DNA of 62,941 nucleotides, counting the filler, from Hyphochytrium catenoides (taxonomy: Eukaryota > Protista > Hyphochytriomycota): assembly GCA_900088475.1 (NCBI GenBank). It is 13 parts of 13 records of this genome, joined end to end, with 100 filler letters (N's around TTAATTAATTAA, not from the genome) between each part and the next. Parts side by side here need not be neighbours in the genome. Positions count along the whole stretch, not along the records: positions 23,521 to 34,718 come from FLMG01003905.1; positions 34,819 to 43,632 come from FLMG01003052.1; 11 more parts are not named here. The stretch is one strand, 5' to 3'. How positions within the stretch are numbered: the stretch's first letter is position 1; every line of letters begins with the position of its first letter. Below are positions 24,032 through 36,862 of the stretch, piece by piece. Under the pieces are notes generated by a model. That model was not told the DNA's origin. It saw only the letters and a list, made by a program, of their open reading frames with translations, and did not search any database. The position numbers and the translations under genes were made by a program.

Positions 24032-26625
24032 ATGTTGGCTCCTTCTCCTATCAAGGCGTCGCCCATCATGGCCTCATACAGCATCAGAGACAAGCTTTAC
24101 GAGGAAGATATCCCCGCGATAGAGAGAGAAATAGAGAGAGAGACGCTCACGTCTCTCCGTCTGGTGGGAAGATTCATGGACGATGATGGGCTTATCGCTG
24201 TTTGCTCTGCTGTCTTGAGGAAGAACGGAGCATCGTCTCTCTCTCTCATCAATTTTACGCGGAACTGTATAGGAGAGAAAGGAGCCGAAGCTCTCTCTTT
24301 TCTTCTCTCTTCTCTCTCTCCCATGTCTTCTCTCTCAGAACTCTGTCTCGAATCAAACCTACTAGGATGTAAAGGCGTAGAATATCTCTCCGACGGTCTG
24401 CAGAACAATCAAACAGTGAAAACGCTGAATCTGTCTAACAACAGAATCTCCGATCGCGGAGTTCTCTCTCTTTCTCTTCTTCTCCAGAGCCCTCTGTCTG
24501 CTCTTCAGTCTCTCTATCTCGCAGCTAATGACATTGGAGACGAAGGCCTGGCTGCACTGTCTCTCTCTCTCCAAGAGAACAGGTCTCTCTCTTTTCTCTC
24601 TCTCGCTAGAAATAACATTAGCGATGACGGGGCCTGCGCGTTAGCAGAGATTTTGGAGAGAAACACAACGCTCAAGACTCTTGTTTTGGAGAGAAACAGC
24701 ATTGGCACGCGAGGTGCGAGACAGATTGCGCAAGGCCTAAGGTTAAACACTGGGTTGGAGACGCTAAATGTCCTAGAGAACAGCATCGGAGAGGAAGGAA
24801 GACGAGCACTAAGCGAAGCGGCAAAAGTCTCTCTCTCTCTCAAGGATCTGTACCTCGGGAGCCAGAGTCAGGGGATAGAAGGCGGACTGACTGTAAGAGT
24901 GAATGACATAGAGAAGGTCCAGGCCTGGAGAGAGGCTAATGAGAAGAGAAAGGCGGGAAAGAACTGTGAGCCGACCACAGAGAGAGAGAAAGAGCTCCAG
25001 AAAACAAAAGAAGAGACACGGCGCGTCCTTAGGGAGAAAGAGAAGAGAAAAGATAGCGTGGAAAAGCCTAGACAAGAACAGGCAGTCGTTCTCTCCCCTG
25101 GGAAAGACAGAAGCAGGAGTAGAAGGGGAAAGCCATCTGTTCCTCTCTCTCCTCCTCAAACTCCACCTCTCTCTCTCTCTCCTCAGCCCGTGCCTGAGGC
25201 TCCAGAGAAGATAGAGATAAAGAAGGCTGGCCCAGCTCTTGGACCTATCAACCCCACCAATGTAGTGCAGCTCTGGCTAGTCCAGGCAAAGCTAGAGAAA
25301 GAGAACGAGAGAGAAAACAGTCCAATCTCTCCCTCTTCCCAATCCTCCTCTTCCTCTTCCAGCACTTCCAGCACTGTGCCTCCTCTGGAAGCTGTCACGG
25401 CACGCTCTCTCTCTTCTCCGTCTCCACCTTCTTTCTTTCACAAGAGACACAACTCTGCTGAGAGAGTGCAGCATCAATCCTCCAGAAGGAGAGCAGAGAG
25501 AGAGAGAGAACTACGTGAAGAGAGAATACCCAGCGGAAGAAGTAGAAGCGTGGACTCCAGAAGTAACAGAACTCTCTCTCCTGGACGTTCTCTCTCTCTC
25601 CTTGTGTCTTCCTCTGAGGTTGACTTCCATCCTGGTCGCTATTGGATGCTCTTAGGGAAGTGGAGCTGCTGTCACTCCAAGGCGAAAGACGCGACGGGTT
25701 GTTCCTCTCTCGCGAAGTTTGTTCTCTCTCCCGCGGATCGCTCTCTCTTGCTGGAGAGATTCCATCCTCTCCCTTACTTATCCATAGGGAAAAACGCTTT
25801 GTCACATGTAAGTCGGGCGGGGCTCCTTTCTCTCGCGGTCTTCCCTTCTTCCTTCTTGGCCACTTCTCTTCTTTTGTGTCTGTCTTTTCTCTTTCTCTCT
25901 CTCTGTCTCTTTCTCTCTCTCTCTTTCTTTCTCTCTCACTCACTCTCTCTTTCCTTTAATCTCTCTCTCTCTCTCACCAGACACATCTATCTACCTCTTG
26001 TGTCTCCTGTGCCCTTGTCGCTTTTATCCTCTTCTTTTCCCAGATTCCATTTCCTATGTCTATGTCTCTCATTCTCCCTTCTGCTTTTTGCGCCAGTTAC
26101 TCTTTCTCTCCCCCCCTCTCTCTCTCTCTCCCTCTTTTTCTCTTTTGCTTTTCTCCTATGTTCGCTCTCTCTAACTGTCTCTTCCTATCCCAATTTTGTC
26201 TGCAGTGGCCGTGCTGTGGGTCGAACGACAAGAACCATCCAGGATGCAAAGAGAAGCCTCACTCTCCCTCTTCCTCTCCGTCCAGTCGCATCTCTCCTCG
26301 CACTCCAGGAGAGAGAAGAAGAGGAGAAGGTGTCTACTCATCTCCCGCAAGACCTCTTGGTACCCGTCCCTCGTCTCTTCCCTCTTCCCCAGTGCCAGTT
26401 CGGACACAGCGTCCTCTCCCTCCTCTCTCTCTCAACCGAGCCAACACCTCCCCTTCCCGAAGCCAAGGGCGAGAGAGAGGAGAAGGGGAAAGAAGTCATT
26501 CTTCTCCTGATTCTCTCCCTTCCTCCCGGCAAGTCTCTCCCTCCGACAGAAGACCTCAACGGTCAAACAGAGCCCAATCTTCTCCAACCTGGCAGAGGAG
26601 AGAGACCCAACGCCAAAGAGACTGA
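24032..26625 (+). CDS. Ribonuclease-inhibitor-type LRR protein with two C-terminal Btk-type zinc motifs
   Basis: Exons 24032-25807 and 26206-26625 (GTAAGT..CTAAC..TGCAG intron, in frame). About 8 28-aa LRRs (e.g. TVKTLNLSNNRISDRG, LQSLYLAANDIGDEG), then FHPGRYWMLLGKWSCCHSKAKDATGC and FHPLPY..SH|WPCCGSNDKNHPGC. Confidence 0.85.
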
Positions 26626-27006
26626 ACAGCAACAACAGAGAGAAAGAAAACGTAGGAGAGAGAAAAGCATACAAAAAGTTGCCTTTCCTTTTCTCGTCCT
26701 CTGTCTCTCTCTGGTCTTTATTCTCTGCCACTCTCGGCCATTTCTACGTTATGTTGGTCTACGTCTATCCTGTTGCCGTTGTTGCCGGTCTCATTCTTCT
26801 TCGTTTCTGTATGCTGCTCTTGTCTCTCTTCTCAATCGTCCTGACTGTCCAGGTCTAGAGGAGAACTTTTCTCTCTCTTTTGCCTGTTGTTTTCTCTCTT
26901 GTCGATTTGTCTTTTGTGTTTGATCTATGTTAGGTTAGAGCCATAGTAGAAGGATTGTTCCACAAGTAATTAAACCGGATGGGAGAGAGAGAATACATAT
27001 AATAGC

Positions 27007-27049
<43 letters not shown>

Positions 27050-28715
27050 CTTTCTCAAGCCGCCATCGTATCATTGTATCACAATAATTGAGTCAGCCGA
27101 TATGTGTCTTCATCTTCATCTGTGAAGAGATAGAAATATGTATCTCTTCCTTATCTCTCTCAGCCATGAGTCCTCTACTAACTCAGGCATTGTCCCCACT
27201 CTGACTTGAACTCTTTCTCGTTGGCCACAACATGTCTCGGCTCCTCTTCCTCTTTTTCCTTCTTGTCCCCTGCGCTTCAGGAGGAAAAGCAGGCGTTTTC
27301 GTATCTCTATCATCAGATAATGATCTCTGTTTGACGGCACTCCCCCAACCTCTGTCTCGTTCGTCCAAGAGACATTTCCTTTCTCTCTCTTAGGCTCTCT
27401 TTTTTCTCTCTTTTTTCTTTCTTCTCTCTCTCTTCTTGTTCTCTGGTTCTCTTTTTCTCTATTTCTGGTCTCTCACGTATCTTTTTCTCTCTCCTCTCTC
27501 TGTCTCATAAGTCTATTTCTTTTTCCCTCTTCTCTCTCATATTTTTTGCCTTCTCATTTCTCTCTCCTTCTCTCTCCTTTATTTCTTTCTGCCTTCACCG
27601 TCGATGTCGTCCTACGATCACCGTACTCTTAAGATGAAGAGGAAAGGTAAACAGGTGAGAGTGGCCTCGTCGATGCCNNNNNNNNNNNNNNNNNNNNNNN
27701 NNNNNNNNNNNNNNNNNNNNNNNNNNNNNNNNNNNNNNNNNNNNNNNNNNNNNNNNNNNNNNNNNNNNNNNNNNNNNNNNNNNNNNNNNNNNNNNNAAAC
27801 TGGGATCAGAACTCCACCGCGGTGAAGTGATAGGAAGAGATCGACATAATATCTTTGGCAGCATAAAGTTTAACTTTCTCCTCTCTTTTTGGCAGCGCAA
27901 GAGAAGAGAGAAGAGACAGAGTTGAATCTAAACCGCAGAGAGAGAAATATATTAATAAGAGATACAGAGAGAGAGAGAGAGAGACACCGGAGAAGAACAG
28001 GATATATACGAGGAGTGAGAGCGCATGCAGTTAGCTAGCGGAACCATGGAAAGAGGGATAGAAGTGAGGAAGAGAGAAGAGAGAAAGCAAGCAATATTGC
28101 GCACCTTAAGGGGTTAAGAAGATCGGTGGATCTTGGAGAACAGGAAAGAGAAGAGAAATATCGGCGAGATGTGGAGAGAAAGACCATCTGGGGATAGTTT
28201 ATAAGCAGAGAAGAGAAGAGACAAAGAAAAGAAGGAACTCAACGGCGAGTGCGAAAGAGAAAGACGAGACAAGCAAGAAGAGAGAGAGCAAAGTCTCGAC
28301 TAGACTTAGGAAAATCTAGAAGAAGAAAAGAATAACAATTATAAAGAATGAAAGAGAGAGAAAACGACTGTGCGCTGTTGATGAAAAAGGAGAGACATTA
28401 GAGAACAGAGAACTGTTTATAACTGAAAGCAAAGCGAGACCGAATACGTGCAAACGAGGTGAAAAAGAGGAAAGAAGAAAGCCGCAGGTACTAGAGGGAA
28501 CAGGTTAGGGAGAGAAAAGAGAGAGAAAGAGGGAGAGAGAGAGAGAGAGAGAAAGACGAAAAATGGAAGTTTTCTTCCGTTGTCTGTTGTACGCGGGAAG
28601 TAAGAGAGATGATGATGGGCAGCGGCAGCGCGATGATCCCGAAGTAACGGCAAACTGGGGCATTTTATAATGAAGGAGGAGAAGAACTTAAAGAATTATG
28701 CCATGCCAACAGTCA

Positions 28716-28759
<44 letters not shown>

Positions 28760-29010
28760 TCTCTCTCTGTACACGTTGACGAATCTGCATGTTGGGTTTT
28801 CGCTGTGTTGCCTTGCTTTGATTTCCTAGGACTTTATAAAAGTTCGCTTGGCCACTTTCCTTGGTTATTATTAGGAAGATCTGCCGTTATTTGGTTGGTT
28901 CTTCCCTGTCATCATCTCTTTCTCTCTCTCTCTCCCTTCGTATCATTCCACGATGGCGGTTGAACGGAAGGCCAGTGTAATTCCTACCGGCAGATGTGAA
29001 GCAGAAGAGG

Positions 29011-29051
<41 letters not shown>

Positions 29052-29767
29052 NNNNNNNNNNNNNNNNNNNNNNNNNNNNAGAGAGAGAAAGAGAGAGAGA
29101 GAGAGAGAGTGACTCGAACATGGCCGCTCCTGACTCGGGTCTGTCAGTTGATGTTGAAGGATGGATGGGCAAGATCTCCTCCAGGAGCTGGATAGGCCTG
29201 GACCTCATCCTTCTGTTGAATATTTCCACAGACAATATTTCGCATACAGCAACAACAGCATTACAGCCCGTAGGAAGCTTCAGGTAAAAAGCCCTTTAGC
29301 ACAAATTTTAGCTTTCCTAATGCCTTATTTCACGATATAAACTCCCAACCGTTCAATTAAATGGGCGTTAGGGCTATAGATTTCATATTTCAATATATCG
29401 GTGAGCTTTATTGAAAGATTTCTCCTTTAGGCTTTTGAGAGGCAGGTCATTAATTTCTAAAATTTTGTGCCTGTCTTCGCACTAAAAGTTGTGGGTGTTT
29501 CTATGGGTTTCTGCTCTGGTCAAGCTTCTGATAAGCCACATACACAGCATCTCACAACCTTCAAACACACATTGTTGCCAAACACATAAGGACTCAATCA
29601 ACCACAACTCACGGTTAGTATTAGCAATAATACCAAACCTAGTTTTGTAATCAAACTCACGCGGACTTACCCAACTCAAACTCAGTGTTGGCTTGCGAAC
29701 TGAAGGATCCTAAGAAGCTGTAACGGACTGAAGTGCACCGGCCATCAAGTGCAACCTCCATCTTTTC

Positions 29768-29824
<57 letters not shown>

Positions 29825-30224
29825 TACTCTCCCTCCCTCACCTTCCTCCTACTGTACCACTGCCAAGCACCTCTTCTCTCACGCCTATATAATTTTCCTC
29901 TCTCTTCTCTGTTCCACCTCTCTTTTTCTCATGCTCTCTGGCTCTCTATCTAGCTCCATTGGATCTATGCCACTTGTCGAGATGTTCCCTTCCCTCTCTC
30001 TCTCTCTCTCTTTCGTTGGACCTCTGTCACGCTTCAGCCCTCTCTTCGCACAGGTTGGTCGATAGTTCTCTCAACTCTTTTCCTCTTTCTCCCCCTCGGC
30101 TCTGTCTCTTTCTCAAGGGTTGAATCAATGTCTTTCCTCGTAATTTTGGCCAGCCACCATGTCCGGTGCCAACAACTATCACCCTCTGTCCAGTTATCCG
30201 TTCGTCACCTTCTTCCTTTCTCCT

Positions 30225-30275
<51 letters not shown>

Positions 30276-31133
30276 TGTTTCTCTTTCCTATTGTCCTTTG
30301 ACCTGACCTGGAAAACGTCATTCCTCATCAGAGGGATGACAACGGACCCGGATGATAACGAAAGATAAGACACGAAACCTATGGGGCCGGCAGGTTTTAA
30401 GATGCACGCTGACTCTCTCTCTCTTCTTCCCTTCTCTCTTCTCTCTCTCTCTCTCTCTCTTCCTTGTCTTCTTCCGCTAATCACTTGATCAGGCTACACC
30501 CGCCTTTCTCTTCCTCGCAGCCATCTTTCGCTTTCCTCACCTAACCTCCACCAGACAGCAGCAGGCATCAGTGAGAAGAGACAACTAAAGAGAAGCCGGA
30601 ATAGGAGAGAGAAAAAGAGAAGTTTCCTCCCGATGCTGCTGTTACACTGATAAAAAGTGACACAGACGTGAAACGGAGAGTAACGAAGGCTCAATACCAA
30701 GGAAGCCTCTTCTCTCTCTACTCTCCCTTTTCTTTAATTTTCTCTCTCTCTCGCTCTCTCATCATTTTGGTTTCTCATTCTTTCCAGCAGAGAGACCTGG
30801 AGACGCACTTATTTGCCGCTTCAGCTCTCTGCAGTATCGATAAACCAGCGGAGACGCAGAGCAACCTCTCTTTCTCTCCTTCTGTCTCTCTCTCTTTCCC
30901 CTTCACACGCGCAATTCCTTCATTGTTGATACTGTCGCCGTCAATTAGCGGTCCTTGTCTTCTCGCTACCGCTGAGACAAAGAGAGAAAGAAAAGGAAAG
31001 AGAGTCAGCTTCAAGGAAAACGAGGAGCGATGAGCGCGTAGTCTCTCTCTCTCGTCTCAGCAAGAGACTATCTTCAAATCAGTCCTCGGCTTGCGAAGCA
31101 AGAGAGAGAAAGAGAGACCTCCTCAGACTAAAA

Positions 31134-31404
31134 ATGCTACGTGATCCTCTGATCCCCACGAGAGAGAGACAAGCGGAAGAGAGACCTCGCTCTTCCTCTG
31201 CCCCATCCCCGCCGCTCTCTCTCTCTGGTAGACAGACCCGAAAGCCTTTTCCGTGGTCCTTAAGCTCCTGGCAGTCGCCTACCGACCTGCCGGCCCGAAG
31301 ACAGATTTTGATGAGACTGTAAGTGCTGATTACGTATGGACGTAGAAAGGCCAAAGAGTCTAACGCTCCGCCCTCTTTCTTTCTTTCTCCCTCTCCCCCC
31401 CTCC

Positions 31405-31447
<43 letters not shown>

Positions 31448-33075
31448 GTCACATTCACAGGCTGGACGGCCGTTGCTCAATCACTTCCAAGTGGGAAAGT
31501 CGGCTCCCAGGACTAGCCAAAAGAGTAGAAATCTCTCTCTACCGGACAGCGGGTTCTCTCTCTGAATATCAGAATGTAGACACGCTGGAGAGAAGAGTAC
31601 AAGCCCTCGTCCTCGCTCTTTATGTTGGGATGATGAGGGCCGAGAGGCAGGAGGGAGAGAGAGCAGAGAGGCAGATGATAGGAGAGGAAGAGAGAAATAG
31701 AGAGAGAACTAGCAGCACAGAATTAGGAGAGAGAGAAGATAGGAGAGACAAGGTCAGTGGTCAGCGAAAGAGGAAGCGCATGGCTGTAAAGACAGTCATC
31801 GAAGGAGAAAAAGCGGAGGAGAGAGACAGTGAGCCTCTCTCCTGCCAGCAACACCAGCAGAACAAGAAGCATTGCAAGCCCCTCCGCACAACCACCTGCG
31901 ACAATGATCTCTCTTCTTCTCTCTCTCTCTCTCCTCTCCGTGCACCGCAGACGCCTCACCACCATCATCCTGAGCTGTCCTTCCTCTCTCCTCGAGGAAA
32001 GACAGTCGAGATCTCCACCTTTCTCTTGAATAACAAAGAGGACTTAGTGAGCCACATCTACTCTTTTCTCTCGGGAAGAGAGACACTTCTTCACGCCCGA
32101 ATCAACCGCTTCACCGCCCGCTCTCTCCCTCTCTGTGTCCGCCAACTGACCATTAACCTCCAAGTTCTTAGAGCTCCGACCGCAGCGGAAAGCAGAGAAC
32201 GTCTCCATCGGATTCTCCTTCGCTGTCCGAGGGTGCAAACGTTAGAAGTGGAGCCTTTTGCCAAGTTCCCAATGTCTCTCTCTTCTTCTTCAACTGCAGA
32301 AGAGGAGAGAGAGAGCCTCTCTCCCGCCCCAGCAGAGGAGGAAGAGGTTCAAAGAGAAGGGAGAGAAGAGACTCATAGTGGTGCTTCGTCTTCTTCCTCT
32401 TCCGCCACGTTCACGCGTCTTCAGGCTCAGGTTTGCCCTCAGCTAGGGCTCAAGAGCTGCAACTTTGGAGAGAACATCGTCTGTGACATTGCTGAGGCTC
32501 TGCGCGCTGGATATTGTCCCAAACTGGACAGACTGATGCTCTGTTCTCTCTTTGTCAACACGCGCTCTGTCAATGCAGTCGGCCGGCTGGTCCAGGTATT
32601 AAAGGCTGGACACTGTCCTAACTTCTCCTATCTCGGGCTCGGAGGAAACTCCATTGGCGACGATGGTGCAGAAGAAATAGCAGATCTTCTTCTCTCTCCC
32701 GCAGGAAAGAAGATTCTCCATCTGGATCTTCGTAGGAACTTCATCGGATATCGCGGGTTCTCTGCGCTTCTCTACGCGCTGCGTGTCTCTCCTTGTACAG
32801 AGCTCTCCCAGCTCTGTCTGGGAGGGAACATCCTCACTGATGACGACGCAGAAAACTTAGCAAAGACTCTCTCTCTCATGCCCCGGACCAATCTTCACTT
32901 TCTCGGTTTGGAGCATAATTTCTTAGGAGCGCGGGGACTGCACGCAATGGCCCGGGCGCTTCAGCGTGGCGCCTGCCTGCAATTGAAGCAGTTTTGCTTC
33001 GGGGACAACCGGATCCCTGACACTGAAGGAAGAAAGATCCTCGCCAGCTATCTGAAGAATGTACGCTTTGAGTGA
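31134..33075 (+). CDS. KIX-like + F-box-like + RI-type LRR protein
   Basis: Exons 31134-31318 and 31461-33075 join in frame. N-terminal WQSPTDLPARRQIL..WESRLPGLAKRVEISLYRTAGSLSEYQNVDTLERRVQ is Med15/KIX-like, LLNNKEDLVSHIYSFL is F-box-like, and C-terminal LRRs follow (LGLGGNSIGDDGA, LDLRRNFIGYRG, LGLEHNFLGARG). Confidence 0.8.
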
Positions 33076-34123
33076 GACAGACGAGAGAAAGGAGAGAAAG
33101 AGAGAGAGACCAAGAGGGAAGACGTAAAAAGGCTTACTACTTTCTCTCTGGCTCTAGCATTGTCTGTCTATCTTGGTCGTTGGGACGATTTTCAAGGCCA
33201 ATGTTTCTCTCTCTTCCTCTTTGACGTACTACCGCCTTTATCTCTTTCCTCCTGGTCATCACGTCTGTCCCGTGTATCATACTGCTGTATCATATCGCCA
33301 TTCCCTCTCTCTCTCTCTTTCTCTCTCTCTTGCCCTCTATTCACTCACGCACTCTTCCTGGCCGCGCGTCAGCGTGCTGAGGCTTCTCCTCTCTCATTAT
33401 TTTATTACAAAGACAAGCAAACGAGAGGAAGAATTGTAAGCAATAATTTAACTCGTACACTATAGTTCATATTCTTTGTGTTATACTGTTTCGACAACCG
33501 AGACAGCTGAATGAGAAGCAGAGAAGGGAGAAAGAGAGAAGAAGTGAAAAGAGAGAGAGAGAAGAGACAGGACAGCCAGGGCAGAGGAGACTGTCAGAGA
33601 GTGAAGGTGTAATAATGCAGAGGCTATCTGAAGGGCGACATTGGGCACATAGCAACACCAAATAAAAAGAGATGTGGAGGTAGGGCAGGCCTTGTTGTCG
33701 AAAAGAGAGACAGAAGGAAGAAGATAAGATATGGGAAATAAGAGAAAGAGAGAGAAAAAAGAGAGAAAAGAGACAGAGAGAGAAAGCGGCGATGGGAGAA
33801 TCGAGAGAGAGAGTGTGAGGGCAAGAGATGAAGGTGTTCGGACTGTCGACCTACTCATGAGCAAAAAGTAAGAACGCCGTTCTTGTAGTTGCCAGTAGTC
33901 ATTTCTTTCCTCTCTCTTTCCTTTCTTCTTCTTCACCCTCTCCCTCGCTCTTTCAATCATCGCCCTTTCCATCTTCTGTTCCCTCTCTCTTCTTCTAAAT
34001 TTCTTGTTCCCTTTTCCTCGTTTTTGTCTCTCTTTCTAGCACTTCTCTCTCGCTCTCTGTAGCTCTCTCCTCCCTCTTTTATCTCTCTATATCTTTCTCT
34101 TTCTCTCTCTCTCTTTCTTCCTC

Positions 34124-34158
<35 letters not shown>

Positions 34159-34959
34159 TTCTCTCTTTCTTTCTTCCCTCTCTCTCTCTCTTTCTCTCTT
34201 TGCCCTTCCCTTTATCCTTCCTCTAACGGCCCGCTTTGAGCTTCTCCCTTATATTAGCACGCACTGAAGCACCGACTCTCTTTTGACCTGCTTAAACGGT
34301 CTACCACATATCCTGCTTGGCCTTGCTTATCCAGATCCTTACTCTGACTTGACGGGTGAGCAGCTATCGTCCCAGCTGACAGGTTTCCAAGAAAGAGCCA
34401 GACCGAGGAAGTTCTGTTACCTTTTACATCTCGAGCGCCGGTTTTAAGGCTCCAATACCGAAAGTTACTTTCTCTGAACGAAACAGTCTTCGCCCGTTCC
34501 GATATTTATTCGTTCGTTATGCGAAACTCTTGTTTCAGTACCTTAGAAGAGCACCGAAAAAGAAAAAATGACCCAAAATAGGTACAGCATTAATTGATGG
34601 CCAGTACTGTTTTATAATACTGGCTCTGCTTTTTCCGATTCTTTGTGTGACTGGGAAGAGAAGAAGAGAGATTGAAGAAAGAATGGGAGAGAGAGACACA
34701 CAGAAGGAGAGAGAGAGANNNNNNNNNNNNNNNNNNNNNNNNNNNNNNNNNNNNNNNNNNNNTTAATTAATTAANNNNNNNNNNNNNNNNNNNNNNNNNN
34801 NNNNNNNNNNNNNNNNNNTATCATTTACCGTGATGGAGCCAGCGGCAAACTCGATTTCACCAATTTAAAGCTATACAATGGTTTGGTTGCTTCTGACCCC
34901 AGCAGCGCTCCCCAAGCAGCAGTGATCACAACCTCTGTCCCGTCTACTGGGGTTGGAGA

Positions 34960-36280
34960 AAAGCTGCTTACACCCGCCAGGTCTGAGAGTCAGGTTTTAC
35001 AAGGGGCTTCGAGTGAAGTAACCGCACCCCAGACTGATGCCCCGTCCCTAGCTCTACAGGAAGGTCAGCTTCAAAAACAACGATCTTTGCGCTTTTAAGT
35101 TGGCACATTTCAAAAGAAACAGCTTTGTAAAGGGAGCCTGGCCATAGAGTAGTGCCATGCTTAGGGTTAAACAAATGGTATAATGTATCTCTTTGCCAAA
35201 GTTTTCATCGTGTTCTCTCAATTTGCTGACTATTTTTTCTTATATTTTGACTTCCACTCTGTGCTACTCCTCTCTTTAACTCTTCTATTCTCTTTGCTGC
35301 TTTTGTGGTCGTTCTCTTGGTCGACATTTAACGGGCTCTGTCTTGGTGTCTTACCTACCCGCTACTCCTCTTGCCATTGTACCATTCTTTAGTCACACCG
35401 TATTCTGCACAACTTTACACTATGCTTGCTGCTTTGAATCTTTCGACGTGTCTTGCTAGCAGACGGGTTTATTGACGCGTGTCACCCCAATGGTTCGTAC
35501 TAGTGGAGATCTAAGCACCTTTCATTATAGGAGAGCCACTCGTTAGCGCTGTTAGAACCGTACAGGTTGACCACATTCGATTCATTACGGTGGTCTCTCG
35601 CTAGTAACAAGTTCTCTGTGGCTAATTCGACCATCATCGTGTCTCGTTGTAGGGCGCCAAGGTAGCATGTTTCACCGGCCTTTCACAATGCAACTGGTTT
35701 ACTATGCAGACTCTGCTTGAACCAAACTATTCTATTGGGTAGCTAGAAGAGGACTCCCTTGAGAGGAAGTCGAAAAATTGGATCTCTTTCTTCTGGTTGT
35801 CCACCGTTTAGTGCAGCCCATGAGACTTCTTCATGGTATGCTGTGCTAAGCGCTATTTATTCAACTGCCGTCGGAACAGTCAAGGTTGTGAATTACTTCA
35901 AATCTGGCGCTCGTTTGACAGTGGCGCTTGAGACAACACTCCTAGAGGGCAAAGACAAACGTGGCCCGAATTTCGAAGTGACCCAAATGACCCATGATCA
36001 GTTCCTATAGTTGCTCCTCTTCTGGGCATCAGAATACATTCTGCCGGCGCCTTCTGTATCCTCTCTTTCGATCTATGTCGCTGGTTAGTCCTCCAAAGAA
36101 AGTCCCAACTTCCAGCAAGGGCAAAATCACATCATCGTGGGCGTGCTAAGACTCCTTCCGACCATAAATTCGATGTTGCTGATGCCCCAGCCAGTGGGTG
36201 CGCTGAAATGAACGACGCACGACATAAAGAACAGAACCCTCTTCGTCTCTATCACCCTGATTTGAAGAACTCCATCTCCC
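34960..36280 (-). pseudogene. Heavily decayed hAT-like transposase remnant
   Basis: Motifs in hAT order on the minus strand, across frameshifts: BED-like FCSLCRASF..SATSNLW (~36240-36160), TKRWTTRRKRS (~35815-35780, cf. TDxWT), TT(D)NESNVV (~35600-35565, cf. TDNASN), RCLDLH (~35520, cf. CxxH), TTLWPGSLY (~35155, cf. TRWNS). Confidence 0.45.
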
Positions 36281-36526
36281 TCTTCTCGCAAATGGTGGTT
36301 AATAGGTCTCCTTGTAGTGGGAACACAGTTTTGTTGCTACCATGATAAGATAAAGGACAGAACGTCTTCTCCTGCCCAATCCACAGCGAACCGGCCTCAA
36401 ACTAAACAAAAAGTAATATTGCAAGGGCATCCCAGCTTCGAAGGACTAACATCACGAACAGTGGCAGGTATGTATAAAGACGACGACAACTCATAGAACT
36501 ACTTCTAAATTTCTTTTTAGGAGATT

Positions 36527-36862
36527 TGTCTGTCACGGACTCGCTGTCATCTAGAACCCTTCTTTATGCAGCAGTCCACGCAGGCTATCAAGGTCGTTTA
36601 TCTGAAAAGGCGAAGTTGAAGAAGTATGAGGCACCTTGCCGGGTTGTATGGCTGCAATTTGGCCTTGCCGGGTTGTATGGCTGCAATTTGTTCCATTGGT
36701 TTTTGTGAATGAGTCCTTTGGGGGAGCTATGCCGGGCGTCGTCGGTGATTGTTGTGTTAGAAGTCTGGTGCAGCTTCAATGTTGTGGTCGCTCTGCTCTT
36801 GATGCTTCTCGGCATCTTGGTCAATGGTCCCGTTTGGCCATGGTTTTACGCCTTCACACGAG
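36527..36862 (+). mobile_element. Inverted partial copy of the CRE-like element endonuclease/C-terminal region
   Basis: Reverse complement of about 37205-37495 with scattered substitutions and an internal ~28-nt duplication (CCTTGCCGGGTTGTATGGCTGCAATTTG twice). Confidence 0.88.

Noticed and set aside
23957-26923. 988-aa single-exon reading of the LRR gene
   Set aside because: It reads through a clear GTAAGT..CTAAC..CAG intron (25808-26205); splicing restores the second Btk-type motif in another frame.
29262-29378. Possible tiny TIR element (TACAGCCCGTA / TTAGGGCTATA)
   Set aside because: Only about 8 of 11 positions match; indistinguishable from chance.
29530-29600. C2H2-like fragment ATYTASHNLQTHIVAKH
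   Set aside because: Cys pair absent (stops upstream) and no supporting gene structure.
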